A stretch of 64,000 nt of DNA from Candidatus Spongiisociaceae bacterium (lineage in GTDB: Bacteria; Actinomycetota; Acidimicrobiia; Spongiisociales; Spongiisociaceae): the NCBI GenBank assembly GCA_965202665.1, contig OZ241841.1, positions 992,001-1,056,000 of the forward strand, read 5' to 3'. Position 1 is the first letter of the stretch; every line of letters begins with the position of its first letter. The position numbers and the translations under genes are program-made. Below the pieces are notes generated by a model, which saw nothing but the letters and a program-made list of their open reading frames with translations, searched no databases and had not been told where the DNA came from. Below, piece by piece: positions 10,998 to 22,011 of this stretch.

Positions 10998-11130
10998 AAG
11001 GCGGGGGCAAATATTTTCCCAAATTTCCCCCATCGCCGTTTAGATGGTTATTATGCTTTCCGATATTCGTAAGCGGTAAGGAGGCAGAAGTGAACCGGAC
11101 GGCTGTTCTTCTGTTCACAGGAGCGGGGCT

Positions 11131-13080
11131 ATGGCGGATGTAACCAACGGAGAAGAGTTGACCGAGACGGCCAAGGAGGAAGAAGCGGCCGCCCCGGCCG
11201 CCCCCGCCGACTCGGGCGGCGACGAACGCCTCGCCTACCGCGGCCCCATCCAACGGTTGCTAACCCGCCCCGAAATAGGGGCCCTGATCGGCACCGGCGC
11301 CATCTGGATGGTTTTCTGGGCGGTGAGCGACGTGTTCGGCACCACCCCCGGCACCAACTCTTTCCTGGACGTTTCCACTTCTCTGGGAATAATGGCGGTG
11401 GCGGTGGCCCTGCTGATGATCGGCGGCGAGTTCGACCTTTCCTCGGGGGCCATGACCGGGGCCACCGGAATGTTGGTGGTGCTGCTGGTCAAAGACACCG
11501 GGGAACTGGGGGGGTTGGGCCTGCCCCTGTTCGTGGCCATTCCCGTCACGTTCCTGTTCGCCATGGGCATCGGATGGGTGAACGGCACCTTGGTGGAAAA
11601 AACCGGACTGCCCAGCTTCATCGTCACCTTGGGCACGTTCTTCACCCTGCGGGGGGCCAAACTGGGGTTCTCCAAACTGTTCACCGACAAGGTGATCGTG
11701 GAAGGTTTGGACGACGCCCCCGATTACGAATTCTGGTCCAACATCTTCGGAGGGGTGTGGGTGCGCAACGACCATCTGTGGGAAAACTTCCTGGGAGGCC
11801 GGGACATGGTTTTCGCCATCTTGGCGGTGCTGGGGGCGGCCGCCCTCATCCTGGCGGTCCTGGAGCAAAGCCTCACCCGCAACGCGGAACTCAAAAAGGC
11901 CAGTTTCGCCACCGCCGGTGTGGGAACGGTCGCCGCGTTGCTGGGCCTGATCATGCTCACCCAGACCGACGGAACCGGGGCCAACTGGACATGGTCCCTG
12001 GTGATGGGCGCGGGCCTGTTGCTGGGAATAATGGGGTACGCCCGGTTGCGGTTTGAAATCTCCCTGCCCGACAGGGGTTCCCTGACGTTGGGCGGCCCGG
12101 TTGGCATCCGGGTGCTGATCGGCTTGGGCTTGGTGGCGGCGGGCGTCATTTTCGGCACATGGTTAAGTTCGGATTCCGAATACGTAATCGGAATCCTGCT
12201 CACCACGCAAGGCCTGCGGGCCATTCTGTTCAGCGGCCTGGTGATCCTGGGGGTGATCATGATGCTGATCGCGGCCCGCAAAGCCGACGAGTCGCCGTTC
12301 ACCCGCTTTTTGATAACCGTCCTCACCGCGGGGGTGATCGCGGTGGTCGGTTTCATCATCCAGTCAGAAGCGGACTCCCGCAAGTTCCGGGCCGAGTTTT
12401 TCGCCTGGATCATGCTGGCCTCCCTGGTGTTGCTGATCGCAGCCGTCATCCGCTTGTTGTTCGAACAGCGCCGCCGCACCGACCCGGCCGCTGACAAGCT
12501 GGGCCGCATTTTGGCCGCGGTTTCCATGGTGCTGTTCGCGGCGGCCATCGCCCTCAAGCTTTTGTGGTCCACCGCGGCGGAAAACGAAGGGGCCGGAATC
12601 ACCACCTACCGGGTTTCCATCCTCTACTTCTTCCTGTTCGCCATCTTCGCCACCTGGCTGCTGATGCGCACCAAGTTCGGCAGCTGGACCTTTGCGGTGG
12701 GCGGCAACAAAAGCGCCGCCCGGCAGGTGGGCGTCCCGGCCGCCCGCACCAAAACCCAGTTGTTCATGATGGTGTCGGGAGCGGCCTGGCTGGTCGGAAT
12801 GCTGATCGCCTTCCGGCTCAATTCGGTGCAGGCCAACGTCGGCGACGGCAACGAGTTCCTTTACATCATCGCGGCGGTGGTGGGCGGCAACCTGCTCACC
12901 GGCGGTTACGGTTCGGCGGCCGGGGCGGCCATCGGCGCCCTGATCATGGCCATGTCCTTCCAGGGCATCCCCTTCGCGGGCTGGAACTCCGACTGGCGGT
13001 GGCTGTTCGTAGGCGTGATCCTGCTGTTGGCGGTGATGGTCAACAACTACGTCCGTGGAAAGGCGGAGGCATCAAAATGA
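11131..13080 (+). CDS. Sugar ABC transporter permease with large internal membrane insertion
   Basis: [45 protein letters not shown]; 649 aa, about twice the usual length. Confidence 0.9.
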   Translation: MADVTNGEELTETAKEEEAAAPAAPADSGGDERLAYRGPIQRLLTRPEIGALIGTGAIWMVFWAVSDVFGTTPGTNSFLDVSTSLGIMAVAVALLMIGGEFDLSSGAMTGATGMLVVLLVKDTGELGGLGLPLFVAIPVTFLFAMGIGWVNGTLVEKTGLPSFIVTLGTFFTLRGAKLGFSKLFTDKVIVEGLDDAPDYEFWSNIFGGVWVRNDHLWENFLGGRDMVFAILAVLGAAALILAVLEQSLTRNAELKKASFATAGVGTVAALLGLIMLTQTDGTGANWTWSLVMGAGLLLGIMGYARLRFEISLPDRGSLTLGGPVGIRVLIGLGLVAAGVIFGTWLSSDSEYVIGILLTTQGLRAILFSGLVILGVIMMLIAARKADESPFTRFLITVLTAGVIAVVGFIIQSEADSRKFRAEFFAWIMLASLVLLIAAVIRLLFEQRRRTDPAADKLGRILAAVSMVLFAAAIALKLLWSTAAENEGAGITTYRVSILYFFLFAIFATWLLMRTKFGSWTFAVGGNKSAARQVGVPAARTKTQLFMMVSGAAWLVGMLIAFRLNSVQANVGDGNEFLYIIAAVVGGNLLTGGYGSAAGAAIGALIMAMSFQGIPFAGWNSDWRWLFVGVILLLAVMVNNYVRGKAEASK

Positions 13081-13877
13081 GCAACGAAACACTTCTGGAG
13101 ATCCGCGACATCTCCAAGTTCTACGGCAACATCATCGCCCTGCGCGACATCACCACCTCGGTGCAGGCCGGGGCGGTGACCTGCGTGCTGGGCGACAACG
13201 GGGCCGGCAAGTCCACCTTTATCAAGATCCTGGCCGGCGCCCACCAGCAGAGCGAAGGCAGGTTGTTCGTGGAAGGCGAGGAGGTGATGTTCAATTCGCC
13301 CCGCGAAGCCTTGGCCCGCGGCATCGCCACCGTCTACCAGGATTTGGCGGTGGTGCCGCTGATGTCGGTGTGGCGAAACTTTTTCCTGGGTTCGGAGCCC
13401 ACCAAGCTGGGTTTCCTGAACGTGGTGGACCGGGAGAAAGCCTCCGGCATCGCCAAAGGGGAGCTGGCCAAAATGGGGATCGACATCCGGGACACCGAAC
13501 AGCCGGTGGGCACCCTGTCCGGGGGGGAGCGCCAGTCGGTGGCCATCGCCCGGGCCGCCTACTTCGGAGCCAAGGTGCTGATCTTGGACGAGCCCACTTC
13601 CGCGTTGGGCGTGAAACAGTCGGGGGTGGTGCTCCGCTACATCGTGGAAGCCCGCAACCGGGGTTTGGGGGTGATTTTCATCACCCACAACCCGCATCAC
13701 GCTTGGCCGGTCGGGGACCGCTTCATGATCCTCAACCGGGGGCAATCCTTGGGCGACTTCGCCAAAGAGGAACTGACCAAGGAAGAGTTGACGCAGCTGA
13801 TGGCGGGCGGCACCGAATTGGCCGACCTGCAACACGAACTGGCGCAGGCCACGGCGGGCGGAGGCGGGGCCTCCTAA
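13077..13877 (+). CDS. Sugar ABC transporter ATP-binding protein
   Basis: [22 protein letters not shown]; ATGA overlap with the permease stop. Confidence 0.95.
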   Translation: MSNETLLEIRDISKFYGNIIALRDITTSVQAGAVTCVLGDNGAGKSTFIKILAGAHQQSEGRLFVEGEEVMFNSPREALARGIATVYQDLAVVPLMSVWRNFFLGSEPTKLGFLNVVDREKASGIAKGELAKMGIDIRDTEQPVGTLSGGERQSVAIARAAYFGAKVLILDEPTSALGVKQSGVVLRYIVEARNRGLGVIFITHNPHHAWPVGDRFMILNRGQSLGDFAKEELTKEELTQLMAGGTELADLQHELAQATAGGGGAS

Positions 13878-13887
13878 CCCGGGGCCT

Positions 13888-14901
13888 TTGCCAACGACGC
13901 AACCGGCTGAGACGGGCGGCGTGGGCCGGTCTCCGGAGCTGATCACCATCGGGCGGGTCAGCGTGGACCTGTACGCCGAGCAGTTGCATGCGCCGGTGCG
14001 GGCGGTCCAAACTTTCCGCAAGTCCATCGGCGGCACCTCCACCAACGTGGCGGTGGCGGCCGCCCGGCTGGGAAGGCGGGCGGCGACCGTCACCAAAGTG
14101 GGCGATGACCCGTTCGGCGACTACGTACGGCACGCCCTGGCGGAAACTTTCGGGGTGGACGCCCGGTGGGTAGGAACCGACCCCGTTTTGCCCACCCCGC
14201 TGGCCTTCGCGGTGCTGAATCCGCCGGAGGATCCGCTGATCGTCTTCTACCGGCAACCGCGGGCCCCCGACATGAACCTGCGTTTGGAGGACGTGGATCT
14301 GGAGGCGACCAGCCGGGTTCCCATCCTGTGGATTCCCGCCTCCCGGATGTCGGACGAGCCGAGCCGCTCCACGGTGCGGGCGGTTTTGGAAGCCCGGGGG
14401 CGCCGTCCGGAAACGATTCTGGATTTGGACTGGCGCCCCTCCTTCTGGGAGTCGGAGGAACGGGCGGGCCGGGAAATAAGTTCCGTTTTGGAACATGCGA
14501 CGATGGCGGTCGGCAACCGGGAGGAATGCCGGATCGCGGTGGGAACCGCCCATCCCGAACAGGCGGCCGACCGCTTGCTGGAGGCGGGGTTGCGGGCGGC
14601 TTTCATCAAACTGGGCGGAGACGGCGTTCTGGTGGCGGAGGCGGGCGGGGAACGGAAGCTCATCCCCCCCTACCCGGTGCGGGCGGTTTGCGGACTGGGG
14701 GCGGGCGACGCTTTCGGAGGGGCGTTGTGCCACGGGTTGCTGTCCGGATGGAGCCCGCCCGAATGCGCCCGCTACGGCAACGCGGCCGGGGCGCTGGTCG
14801 CCTCCCGGCTGATGTGCGCCGACGACATGCCTACCCTGGGGGAAATTGAGGATTTCCTCGCCCGCCGAACAGAAAGCCCGACCGAAAGGGACGAACCATG
14901 A
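13888..14901 (+). CDS. iolC: 5-dehydro-2-deoxygluconokinase
   Basis: IGRVSVDLY, AAARLG, LDLDWRP, GLGAGDAFG (PfkB family, IolC type). Confidence 0.9.
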   Translation: MPTTQPAETGGVGRSPELITIGRVSVDLYAEQLHAPVRAVQTFRKSIGGTSTNVAVAAARLGRRAATVTKVGDDPFGDYVRHALAETFGVDARWVGTDPVLPTPLAFAVLNPPEDPLIVFYRQPRAPDMNLRLEDVDLEATSRVPILWIPASRMSDEPSRSTVRAVLEARGRRPETILDLDWRPSFWESEERAGREISSVLEHATMAVGNREECRIAVGTAHPEQAADRLLEAGLRAAFIKLGGDGVLVAEAGGERKLIPPYPVRAVCGLGAGDAFGGALCHGLLSGWSPPECARYGNAAGALVASRLMCADDMPTLGEIEDFLARRTESPTERDEP

Positions 14902-15914
14902 AACCCATCAGCCTGGCCATTCTCGGAGCGGGCCGCATCGGCCGGTTGCACGCCGAACTGATCACCCACCAGATAGACGAAATGCGGGTGGCCGGAATCT
15001 ACGACATCGTCCCTGAACTGGCCGAAAAAGCGGGGACCCGGCTGGGAATTCCGGTCGCCTCCTCCATGGAAGAATTGATAACCGGCAAAGGCGTAGACGC
15101 GGTGGCCGTCTGTTCCAGCACCGACTCCCATATGGAGCACATGACGGCCGCCGCCGCCGCGGGCAAAGCCGTCTTCTGCGAGAAGCCGCTTTCCCTCAAC
15201 TTGGAGGAGGTGGACCGGGGCTTGGCGGCGGTGGAAGCGGCCGGCGTTCCGTTGCAGGTGGGGTTCAACCGGCGCTTCGACCCTTCCCACCGGGCGGTGG
15301 CCGAGGCGGTGCGCAACGGGGAGGTGGGCGAGGTGCATCTGGTACGCATCACTTCCCGCGACCCGGAACCCCCGCCCATCCCCTACATCGAGGTTTCGGG
15401 CGGCATTTTTCTGGACATGACCATCCACGACTTCGACATGGCCCGGTTCGTAACCGGATCCGAAGTGACCGAAGTGTTCGCCAAAGGGGACGTGCTGTCC
15501 GACCGGGCCATCGGGGCGGCGGGCGACTTGGACACCGCGGCCATCATGCTCTCCCACGAAAACGGGGCTTTGACCATGATCGACAACAGCCGGCGGGCGG
15601 CCTACGGGTACGACCAGCGGTTGGAGGCTTTCGGTTCGGCGGGGATGGCCTCCTCCGACAACCCCACGGTCACCACTTCCGTCACCCGCACCGCCCAAGG
15701 GGGCCGGACCTCCGTCCTCCCCTATTTTTTCGAGGACCGTTACATCCCCAGTTACCTGGCGGAATGGCGGGCCTTCGCCGAGATGCTGCGTAGCGGCGGG
15801 CCGTCGCCGGTCACCGGACGCGACGGACGGGAGCCGCTGATCATGGGATTGGCCGCTTGGCGGTCGGTGCGGGAATGGCGCCCGGTGACCACCGCCGAGA
15901 TCCGGGGCGAATGA
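14898..15914 (+). CDS. iolG: Inositol 2-dehydrogenase
   Basis: GAGRIG, FCEKP, GFNRRFD, DMTIHDFD, YGYDQR. Confidence 0.92.
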   Translation: MKPISLAILGAGRIGRLHAELITHQIDEMRVAGIYDIVPELAEKAGTRLGIPVASSMEELITGKGVDAVAVCSSTDSHMEHMTAAAAAGKAVFCEKPLSLNLEEVDRGLAAVEAAGVPLQVGFNRRFDPSHRAVAEAVRNGEVGEVHLVRITSRDPEPPPIPYIEVSGGIFLDMTIHDFDMARFVTGSEVTEVFAKGDVLSDRAIGAAGDLDTAAIMLSHENGALTMIDNSRRAAYGYDQRLEAFGSAGMASSDNPTVTTSVTRTAQGGRTSVLPYFFEDRYIPSYLAEWRAFAEMLRSGGPSPVTGRDGREPLIMGLAAWRSVREWRPVTTAEIRGE

Positions 15915-16849
15915 TGCGGGTGTGGGTTACCGGGGGAACCGGGTTCGTGGGCAGCAACATCGTCCACCAAGCCCTGCGGGCCGGACATCAAGCGGCCAGC
16001 ACCTACGGCTCCTACCAACCCGCCGGAGACGAGCCCTACCAGTTGCACGCCATCGACATGCTGGACCGGGCGGGTATGGCGGCGGGCGTTAAGGAGTTCG
16101 GGGCCGACCTGGTGGTGCATTGCGCCATTTTGAACAACCACCGGGCGATGTACGAGAACCGCCGGGCCGGATGGGACGCCTACGTGGAGGCCACCCGCGC
16201 CGCCTGGGAGGCGGCCGATGCGGCCGGGGCCGGTTTCGTGCTGGTCTCCACCGACTGGGTGTTCGACGGAACCCAGGCCGGAGCGGACGAAGAAACCCCG
16301 CCCAACCCGATCAACATCTACGGGGTGCTGAAAATGGCCAGCGAGTTGGTGGTTTTGGAAAGGGGCGGGGCGGTGGCCCGCGTGTCGGGGGTGAACGGGA
16401 CGCACCGGGCCCGCCCCTCCGCCCCCCGCGCCCAGGACCCCGGTTTCGGCTATTTCGTCTCCTCCATCGTGGATGCGTTGCGCCGGGGGGAACGTTTCAC
16501 GGTGTGGGAGTCGGACGACATCAACATGGCGGCCACCCCTTCTTTGGCCAGCGAATGCGGCGACCTGATCCTGGAAATCGGAGCCCGCCGCTTGGAAGGC
16601 GTTTTCCACTGTTGCGGAGCGGAGCGGGCGGAGCGGATGGAGCTGGCCCGCCTGGCCTGCGACGTGTTCGACTTGGACCCGGGCCTGCTGGATTCCGGCC
16701 CGCCCGACCCCCGGTTCATGCCGCCCGGCCCGGTTCCCTACGACACCGCCATCGCCTGTCCCCGCACTTCGGAACTGCTGGAGCGGCGGCCCACCCCCCT
16801 CCGTTCCTTGTTGGAGCAGTTTCGCGGGGAATACGAAGCCTCCTCGTGA
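15911..16849 (+). CDS. NAD-dependent epimerase/RmlD-like sugar-nucleotide reductase
   Basis: TGGTGFVG, STDWVFDG, PINIYGVLK (YxxxK). Confidence 0.8.
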   Translation: MMRVWVTGGTGFVGSNIVHQALRAGHQAASTYGSYQPAGDEPYQLHAIDMLDRAGMAAGVKEFGADLVVHCAILNNHRAMYENRRAGWDAYVEATRAAWEAADAAGAGFVLVSTDWVFDGTQAGADEETPPNPINIYGVLKMASELVVLERGGAVARVSGVNGTHRARPSAPRAQDPGFGYFVSSIVDALRRGERFTVWESDDINMAATPSLASECGDLILEIGARRLEGVFHCCGAERAERMELARLACDVFDLDPGLLDSGPPDPRFMPPGPVPYDTAIACPRTSELLERRPTPLRSLLEQFRGEYEASS

Positions 16850-17538
16850 CCGCCCGCCCGTTGCGGGTGGCGTTGCTCCCCTGGGCGCTGGCGATTCTCC
16901 TGCCGGCGACGGTGATGTGGAGCGGGGAACGGGCCGACCCCTACCGTTCGGTGGCCCAAGTGATCGGTTGGAAATGCGGCCGCAACCTGCTGGCTTCGGC
17001 GGCGGCGGCGGCCCCCGGGTTGCTGGTCACCGCCGCCCACAACGTGGCCGGCTCGCAAGGGGGCCTTTCCATCCGGTTCGAAGACGGGGTGGAACGGCCC
17101 GCGGAGGTGGCGGCCGTGGACTTCGACCGGGATCTGGCTTTGCTGTCCTCCTCCGGCTGGAACCGCCCCGCCTTGGGGTTCGCGCCGCCGCAACCGGGCG
17201 AAGCGGGGCGCATCATCCGGTTGCGGGCGCAGGCGGAACGGGCGGAAATCCCTTTCACCGACGCCGAGGTGGTGCGGGCGGTGGGACGGGACATCTACAA
17301 CCGCCGCAACGACGTCCCCTGGTTCAACGTCCGGGTGCGGGTGGACTCGGGCGGGGCCGGTTATTCAGGGGCCCCGGCTTTGAACGAGCGGGGCGCGATC
17401 ATCGGCTTGGTGTACGCCAAAGCCCGGTTCCAGGATCATATGTACGCGGCGGCCGCCTCCGAAGTGGAGGCCTTCGTCGCCCGGGCCGCGGCCCGTCCCC
17501 CCGGCGCCCCGGTGGACACCGGGGAATGCCCCCCCTGA
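16846..17538 (+). CDS. Exported trypsin-like serine protease
   Basis: N-terminal hydrophobic segment; triad motifs TAAH, DRDLALL, GYSGAP. Confidence 0.8.
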   Translation: MTARPLRVALLPWALAILLPATVMWSGERADPYRSVAQVIGWKCGRNLLASAAAAAPGLLVTAAHNVAGSQGGLSIRFEDGVERPAEVAAVDFDRDLALLSSSGWNRPALGFAPPQPGEAGRIIRLRAQAERAEIPFTDAEVVRAVGRDIYNRRNDVPWFNVRVRVDSGGAGYSGAPALNERGAIIGLVYAKARFQDHMYAAAASEVEAFVARAAARPPGAPVDTGECPP

Positions 17539-17545
17539 CGGACTG

Positions 17546-18436
17546 CTATATTCGCAGGCCGGACAGGTAGTCCATGCTGGCCCGGGCGGCGTCGATGGGA
17601 CCCTCCCCCGGCGGGGGGGGTCCGTCCAAGGCGATATCCTGCTCCAACACGTACCAACCTTGGTAGCCGCCGGATTCCAGATATTCCACCAGCCCGGCGA
17701 TGTCCGCAAAGCCTTCCCCCAAAGGCCGGAACAACCCCCGTTTCACCCCTTCCCGGAAGGTGAGTTCCCCGGCCCGCACCCGTTCGGCCAGCCTTTCGTC
17801 CACATCTTTAAGATGGACGTGCGCCACCCGGTCGCCCGACATGCGGGCCACTTGCAGGGGGTCGCCGCCCGCCAGGGAAATGTGGCCGGTGTCGATGCAC
17901 ATGTCCACCGTGCTCTCCTCCAGCACCCGCTCCACCTGATGGGGGGCGTCCACCGCGTACCCCCAATGGGAGTGCAGGGCGGCGACCAGCCCCCGGTCTT
18001 CGCATATTTCCCGCACGCGGCGCAGGCCGTCGTCGAACACCTCCCAGTCGGCCGGGGACAGTTCCACCCGCTGGTCGTATCCGTCGTACACCGAAGCCGG
18101 GCCCAGCACGAAAGTTTCAGCCCCCCGGTCGGCCAGGGTGGCGGCGGCCCGTTTGGCGTAGGACAATTCGGCTTCCAGAAGCGACCGCCGGTAGAGGCGC
18201 ACCGGAACAAACCCCCCTACCAGCCGCAGGCCCCGGCCGCCCAGCATCCGCTCCAAGCCCTCCGGGTCATCGGCCAAATATCCGTCCGGGCCCAGTTCGG
18301 TGGCGTTGAGGCCCACCTCCCGCATCTCGTCCAACACCCGGTCCGGTTCTATCTGGTACCCCCAACCGGGGGACTCGTCCACCCCCCAGGTTATGGGAGC
18401 CCCGGCGATCCGTTCAAGAAAAGGCACGGCGGTCAT
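17546..18436 (-). CDS. iolE: Myo-inosose-2 dehydratase
   Basis: RIAGAPITWGV, ATELGP, DTGH, HVHLKDV, GWYVLEQD. Confidence 0.85.
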   Translation of the reverse strand: MTAVPFLERIAGAPITWGVDESPGWGYQIEPDRVLDEMREVGLNATELGPDGYLADDPEGLERMLGGRGLRLVGGFVPVRLYRRSLLEAELSYAKRAAATLADRGAETFVLGPASVYDGYDQRVELSPADWEVFDDGLRRVREICEDRGLVAALHSHWGYAVDAPHQVERVLEESTVDMCIDTGHISLAGGDPLQVARMSGDRVAHVHLKDVDERLAERVRAGELTFREGVKRGLFRPLGEGFADIAGLVEYLESGGYQGWYVLEQDIALDGPPPPGEGPIDAARASMDYLSGLRI

Positions 18437-18610
18437 AGCCGGTAAGAATACCCGACTGCGCGGACGGGGAGCCGCCGGGGGCATTCGCCGCCCCGGGTAA
18501 TGCCCGGCCCCCGGCCCCGGCCCCTCTACCATCAGAAGCAACGGCCCCGTTCGCCGCGCCCGACGGGAAGGACCCGCCCCGATGACCAGTCACATCCGAC
18601 GCGAGGACCG

Positions 18611-19732
18611 ATGAGCAGGCCCACTTTCGCCGAAGTGGATTTGGACCGGCTGACCGGCAACTACCGGGCGATTGAGCGGGCGGTGGGCGGGGCGGGGATG
18701 CTGCCCATCCTGAAAGCCAACGCCTACGGGCACGGCCTAGTGGAAGCGGCCCGCCATCTGGAACAGCTGGACCCGGCCGGTTTGGGGGTTGCTTTCCTGG
18801 AGGAGGGGGCGCAGTTGCGGGCGGCGGGGGTGACATGCCCCATCCTGGTGATGGGGGGCATCGACGCCGGCCAAATCCCCGACTTCCTGGAAAACGACCT
18901 GACCCTGACCGCCTCCTCCGACTCCAAACTGCGGGAAATCAACCGGGTGGCCGGACAGCGGGGGGTGCGGGCCAAAGTGCATTTGAAAGTGGACACCGGG
19001 ATGGGCCGCATCGGGATGCGCCCGGAGACGGCGGTGAAAATGTTTGAAACCGGGTTGCGGTCGGAGAACGTGCAAGTGGAGGCGGTGTACAGCCATCTGG
19101 CCTGCGCCGACGAAGCCGACCGGGTTTTCACCCGGCGCCAAATCCAGCGATTCCGGCAAGCGGTTTCCTTTTACGCCCAACGGGGCCTGCCCTCCCCCCT
19201 TTTCCATCTGGCCAACTCGGCCGGGGCGCTGATGTATCCGGAGTCGCACTTGGATTTGGTGCGGCCGGGGATTCTGCTCTACGGCGTGTATCCGTCCCGG
19301 CAGGCGGAGCGCACCATCCCGGTGCGTCCCGTCCTGTCTTGGAAGTCGCGGGTGGTGTTTTTCAAAGTGCAGCCGGCGGGGAATCCGGTCAGCTACGGGG
19401 CGGCCTGGCGGCCGGAGGCGGACACCCGGGTCATCACGGTGCCGGTCGGCTACGGAGACGGCTATTTCCGTTCCCTGTCCGGCCGGGCGCAGGTGATCGT
19501 AGGCGGGGAACTGAAGCCGGTGGTGGGGCGGGTGTGCATGGACCAGCTGATGGTGGACATCGGCCCGGGCGGCTCCGCCTTCAACGGGGACGAGGTGGTC
19601 CTGCTCGGCGAACAGGGCCCCAGCTCCATCGGGGCCATGGAACTGGCGGAACAGGCGGGCACCATCCCCCACGAGTTGCTGTCCAACATCAACGTCCGGG
19701 TGTCCCGCCGCTACACCGGGTCCGCAACCTAA
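18611..19732 (+). CDS. alr: Alanine racemase
   Basis: KANAYGHG, HLKVDTGMGRIG, GYGDG, GRVCMDQ. Confidence 0.96.
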   Translation: MSRPTFAEVDLDRLTGNYRAIERAVGGAGMLPILKANAYGHGLVEAARHLEQLDPAGLGVAFLEEGAQLRAAGVTCPILVMGGIDAGQIPDFLENDLTLTASSDSKLREINRVAGQRGVRAKVHLKVDTGMGRIGMRPETAVKMFETGLRSENVQVEAVYSHLACADEADRVFTRRQIQRFRQAVSFYAQRGLPSPLFHLANSAGALMYPESHLDLVRPGILLYGVYPSRQAERTIPVRPVLSWKSRVVFFKVQPAGNPVSYGAAWRPEADTRVITVPVGYGDGYFRSLSGRAQVIVGGELKPVVGRVCMDQLMVDIGPGGSAFNGDEVVLLGEQGPSSIGAMELAEQAGTIPHELLSNINVRVSRRYTGSAT

Positions 19733-19763
19733 ACCCCCGGAGGGAGACGGCCGCCGGGGCGCA

Positions 19764-20639
19764 TTAGGAGCCGGGGAGCCAACGGCGGGGGCGGCGGGCC
19801 AAGTTGGGGAAACCGAGCCGGCGGCAGAGGTCGGTGAACTCCCGGCGGCGGGCCCCCCGCCATTCCAGTTCCGGCAAAGTTTCGGCCAGGGGGACGTCGC
19901 GGCGCAGGCGGGTGAGGCTCCGGTAAAGCAGGGCCCGCTCCCGGCCTTCCTCCAGGTTGGCCGACAAGCGGGCCGCCCCCCGCACCGTCGCCTCCCAATC
20001 CTCGGCTGACCGCGGGATGCGTTCCAGTTTGCCGTAGCGGGCCAGCACCGCCGCGGTCGATTTGGCCCCCCACCCGGCGATGCCCGGCACCCCGTCCGCG
20101 CTGTCCCCCACCAAAGCCAGATAGTCGGGAATGGACACCGGCGGCACCCCGAACTTTTCCATCACCCCCTCCTCATCGTAGGTTTTCTTCTCCCGCCGGT
20201 TGTGGGACACCACCCGATCGCCCACCACGCACTGCATCAGATCCTTGTCCGGACTGAGAATAACCACCTGCTCCGCCTCCCCCGACCAGCGCAGGGCGGC
20301 GGTGGCGATGGCGTCGTCCGCTTCAAACTCCCGCATCGCCCACACCGTCACCCCCAGGGCGGCCAGCGCCTCTTCGGCCAAAGGGAACTGGGCCAGCAAC
20401 TCCGGCTCCACGCCCTCCCCGGTCTTGTAGCCGTCGAACATCCGGTTGCGGAACGATTCGATCACTTGGTCGGTGGCGGCCGCCAAATGGGTTACGTCCT
20501 TCTGTCCGAGTAGTCTCATGGTGGTATCTAAAATGCCGTATACGGCGCCCACTTCGCCGCCGTCGGGAGCGCGGCGGCCCGGGAAACCGAAGTAGGCTCG
20601 GAACAACTCGTAGGTAGCGTCTAGCAGATGGAGTTTCAC
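19764..20639 (-). CDS. 5'-3' exonuclease/flap endonuclease
   Basis: HLLDATYELFRAYF, EADD, SPDKD, LVGDSADGVPG. Confidence 0.92.
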   Translation of the reverse strand: MKLHLLDATYELFRAYFGFPGRRAPDGGEVGAVYGILDTTMRLLGQKDVTHLAAATDQVIESFRNRMFDGYKTGEGVEPELLAQFPLAEEALAALGVTVWAMREFEADDAIATAALRWSGEAEQVVILSPDKDLMQCVVGDRVVSHNRREKKTYDEEGVMEKFGVPPVSIPDYLALVGDSADGVPGIAGWGAKSTAAVLARYGKLERIPRSAEDWEATVRGAARLSANLEEGRERALLYRSLTRLRRDVPLAETLPELEWRGARRREFTDLCRRLGFPNLARRPRRWLPGS

Positions 20640-20640
20640 A

Positions 20641-21837
20641 ATGGAAGATGTTAGAGGGGAAGACGGGGCCGAACCCACTTGGCGGGAGGTCAACGACAAA
20701 TTTTCCGACTTGGGGGCCCGGCTGGGATCTCATTTCACCGGCGGCGAGGACGAAGAAACCGGCGAGGTCAAAGACGCCTGGGACGAGTTCAAATCCGCCT
20801 CCCGGCACTTGGGCAAAGCCCTGAGCATGACGGTGCGCGACCCGCAAGTGCGGGCCGGAGCGGGGGAAGCCTTCGGTTCGCTGGCCGGGGCCGCCGGGTC
20901 GGCGGTGAAAACGGCCGCCAAAACCACCGCCGACGCCACCCGCCGATTGGCGCAACGGGTGGGGGGCGGCCCGGCGGAGCAACCGATCGTCTCCTGCGAA
21001 TGGCTGGCCTCCCGGCTGACCGACTCCGCGGTGCGAATCGTTGACACCCGCTGGTACCTGGCCGACGTGGAACAGGGCAAACGGGAATACGAAGAGTCCC
21101 ACCTGCCGGGGGCGGTCTTCTTGGACGTGGAGGAGCATCTGTCGGCTTCGGAAGGGGCCGGCCGCCATCCGCTCCCCGACCGGGCTGAGTTCGCCGCCCT
21201 GCTCGGCTCCCGCGGCATCGGACCCGGTCACCACGTGGTGGTCTACGACCAGGGGCCGGGGGCGATCGCCGCCCGGCTGTGGTGGATGTTGCGCCACCTG
21301 GGACACCAACAGGTGAGCGTGCTGGACGGAGGGTTCGCCCGCTGGCGGGAAGGCGGCTACATAACCACCGCAACGGTCCCCGTCCCGGAACCGGCGGTCT
21401 ACCAACCGGAGAGCGGACCCACCGCCGTCATGGACCGCGACGAACTGCTCTCCCGACTGGGCGCGGTGCAAGTAATCGACGCCCGCGAGGCGGAACGTTA
21501 CCGGGGGGAGGAGGAAACGGTGGACGCCGCAGCCGGGCACATCCCCACCGCTCTCTCCGCCCCCTTCCACGGCAACCTGACCGAAGAGGGAACTTTTCTA
21601 AGCCCCGACGATTTGGCCGCCCGGTTCGCCGCCCTGGGTCTGGATCCGGAGCAACCCATCATCAGTTCCTGCGGCAGCGGGGTTACCGCCTGTCACAACA
21701 TCCTGGCCCTGCGGATGGCCGGCTTCCCGGAACCGATCCTTTACCCCGGGTCGTGGTCGGACTGGTCGGCTTCGTCCCTGCCGGCGGCCACCGGCCCCGA
21801 ACCCGGCTCCCCGCCCGCGGACGACCCCGGCGACTGA
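20641..21837 (+). CDS. 3-mercaptopyruvate-type sulfurtransferase with ~110-aa N-terminal extension
   Basis: HLPGA, GRHPLP, LDGG, GHIP, active-site CGSGVT, YPGSWSDW. Confidence 0.88.
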   Translation: MEDVRGEDGAEPTWREVNDKFSDLGARLGSHFTGGEDEETGEVKDAWDEFKSASRHLGKALSMTVRDPQVRAGAGEAFGSLAGAAGSAVKTAAKTTADATRRLAQRVGGGPAEQPIVSCEWLASRLTDSAVRIVDTRWYLADVEQGKREYEESHLPGAVFLDVEEHLSASEGAGRHPLPDRAEFAALLGSRGIGPGHHVVVYDQGPGAIAARLWWMLRHLGHQQVSVLDGGFARWREGGYITTATVPVPEPAVYQPESGPTAVMDRDELLSRLGAVQVIDAREAERYRGEEETVDAAAGHIPTALSAPFHGNLTEEGTFLSPDDLAARFAALGLDPEQPIISSCGSGVTACHNILALRMAGFPEPILYPGSWSDWSASSLPAATGPEPGSPPADDPGD

Positions 21838-21916
21838 CCCGCAACAGGTTTTGGGGGCAACCGATCACCCAACCCGCTACCCCGCCGCCGGAGACCCCCG
21901 ACGCGGAGTTTTTGAC

Positions 21917-21943
21917 TTGACAAATTGGGGGGGGGGGTAGCGT
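21917..21943 (+). promoter_or_regulatory. Putative phase-variable promoter 1
   Basis: TTGACA-AATT-G11-TAGCGT; spacer 15 bp. Confidence 0.8.
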
Positions 21944-22011
21944 TTTGCATATGCCGCCGGTTCGCGGCTCCGGTTGGCGAAACTGATATGCGGAGGAAGG
22001 GAGGTTGGGTG

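Noticed and set aside
17613-17620. G-run in iolE as a phase-variation site
   Set aside because: Explained by consecutive Pro codons in an intact metabolic gene.
21925-22011. Upstream in-frame starts (MGGGVAF...) for the giant ORFs, implying translational frameshift switching by the G tract
   Set aside because: The GGAGG RBS and signal peptide point to ATGs at 22012, 29409 and 36724; copy 2's open frame does not include the tract.
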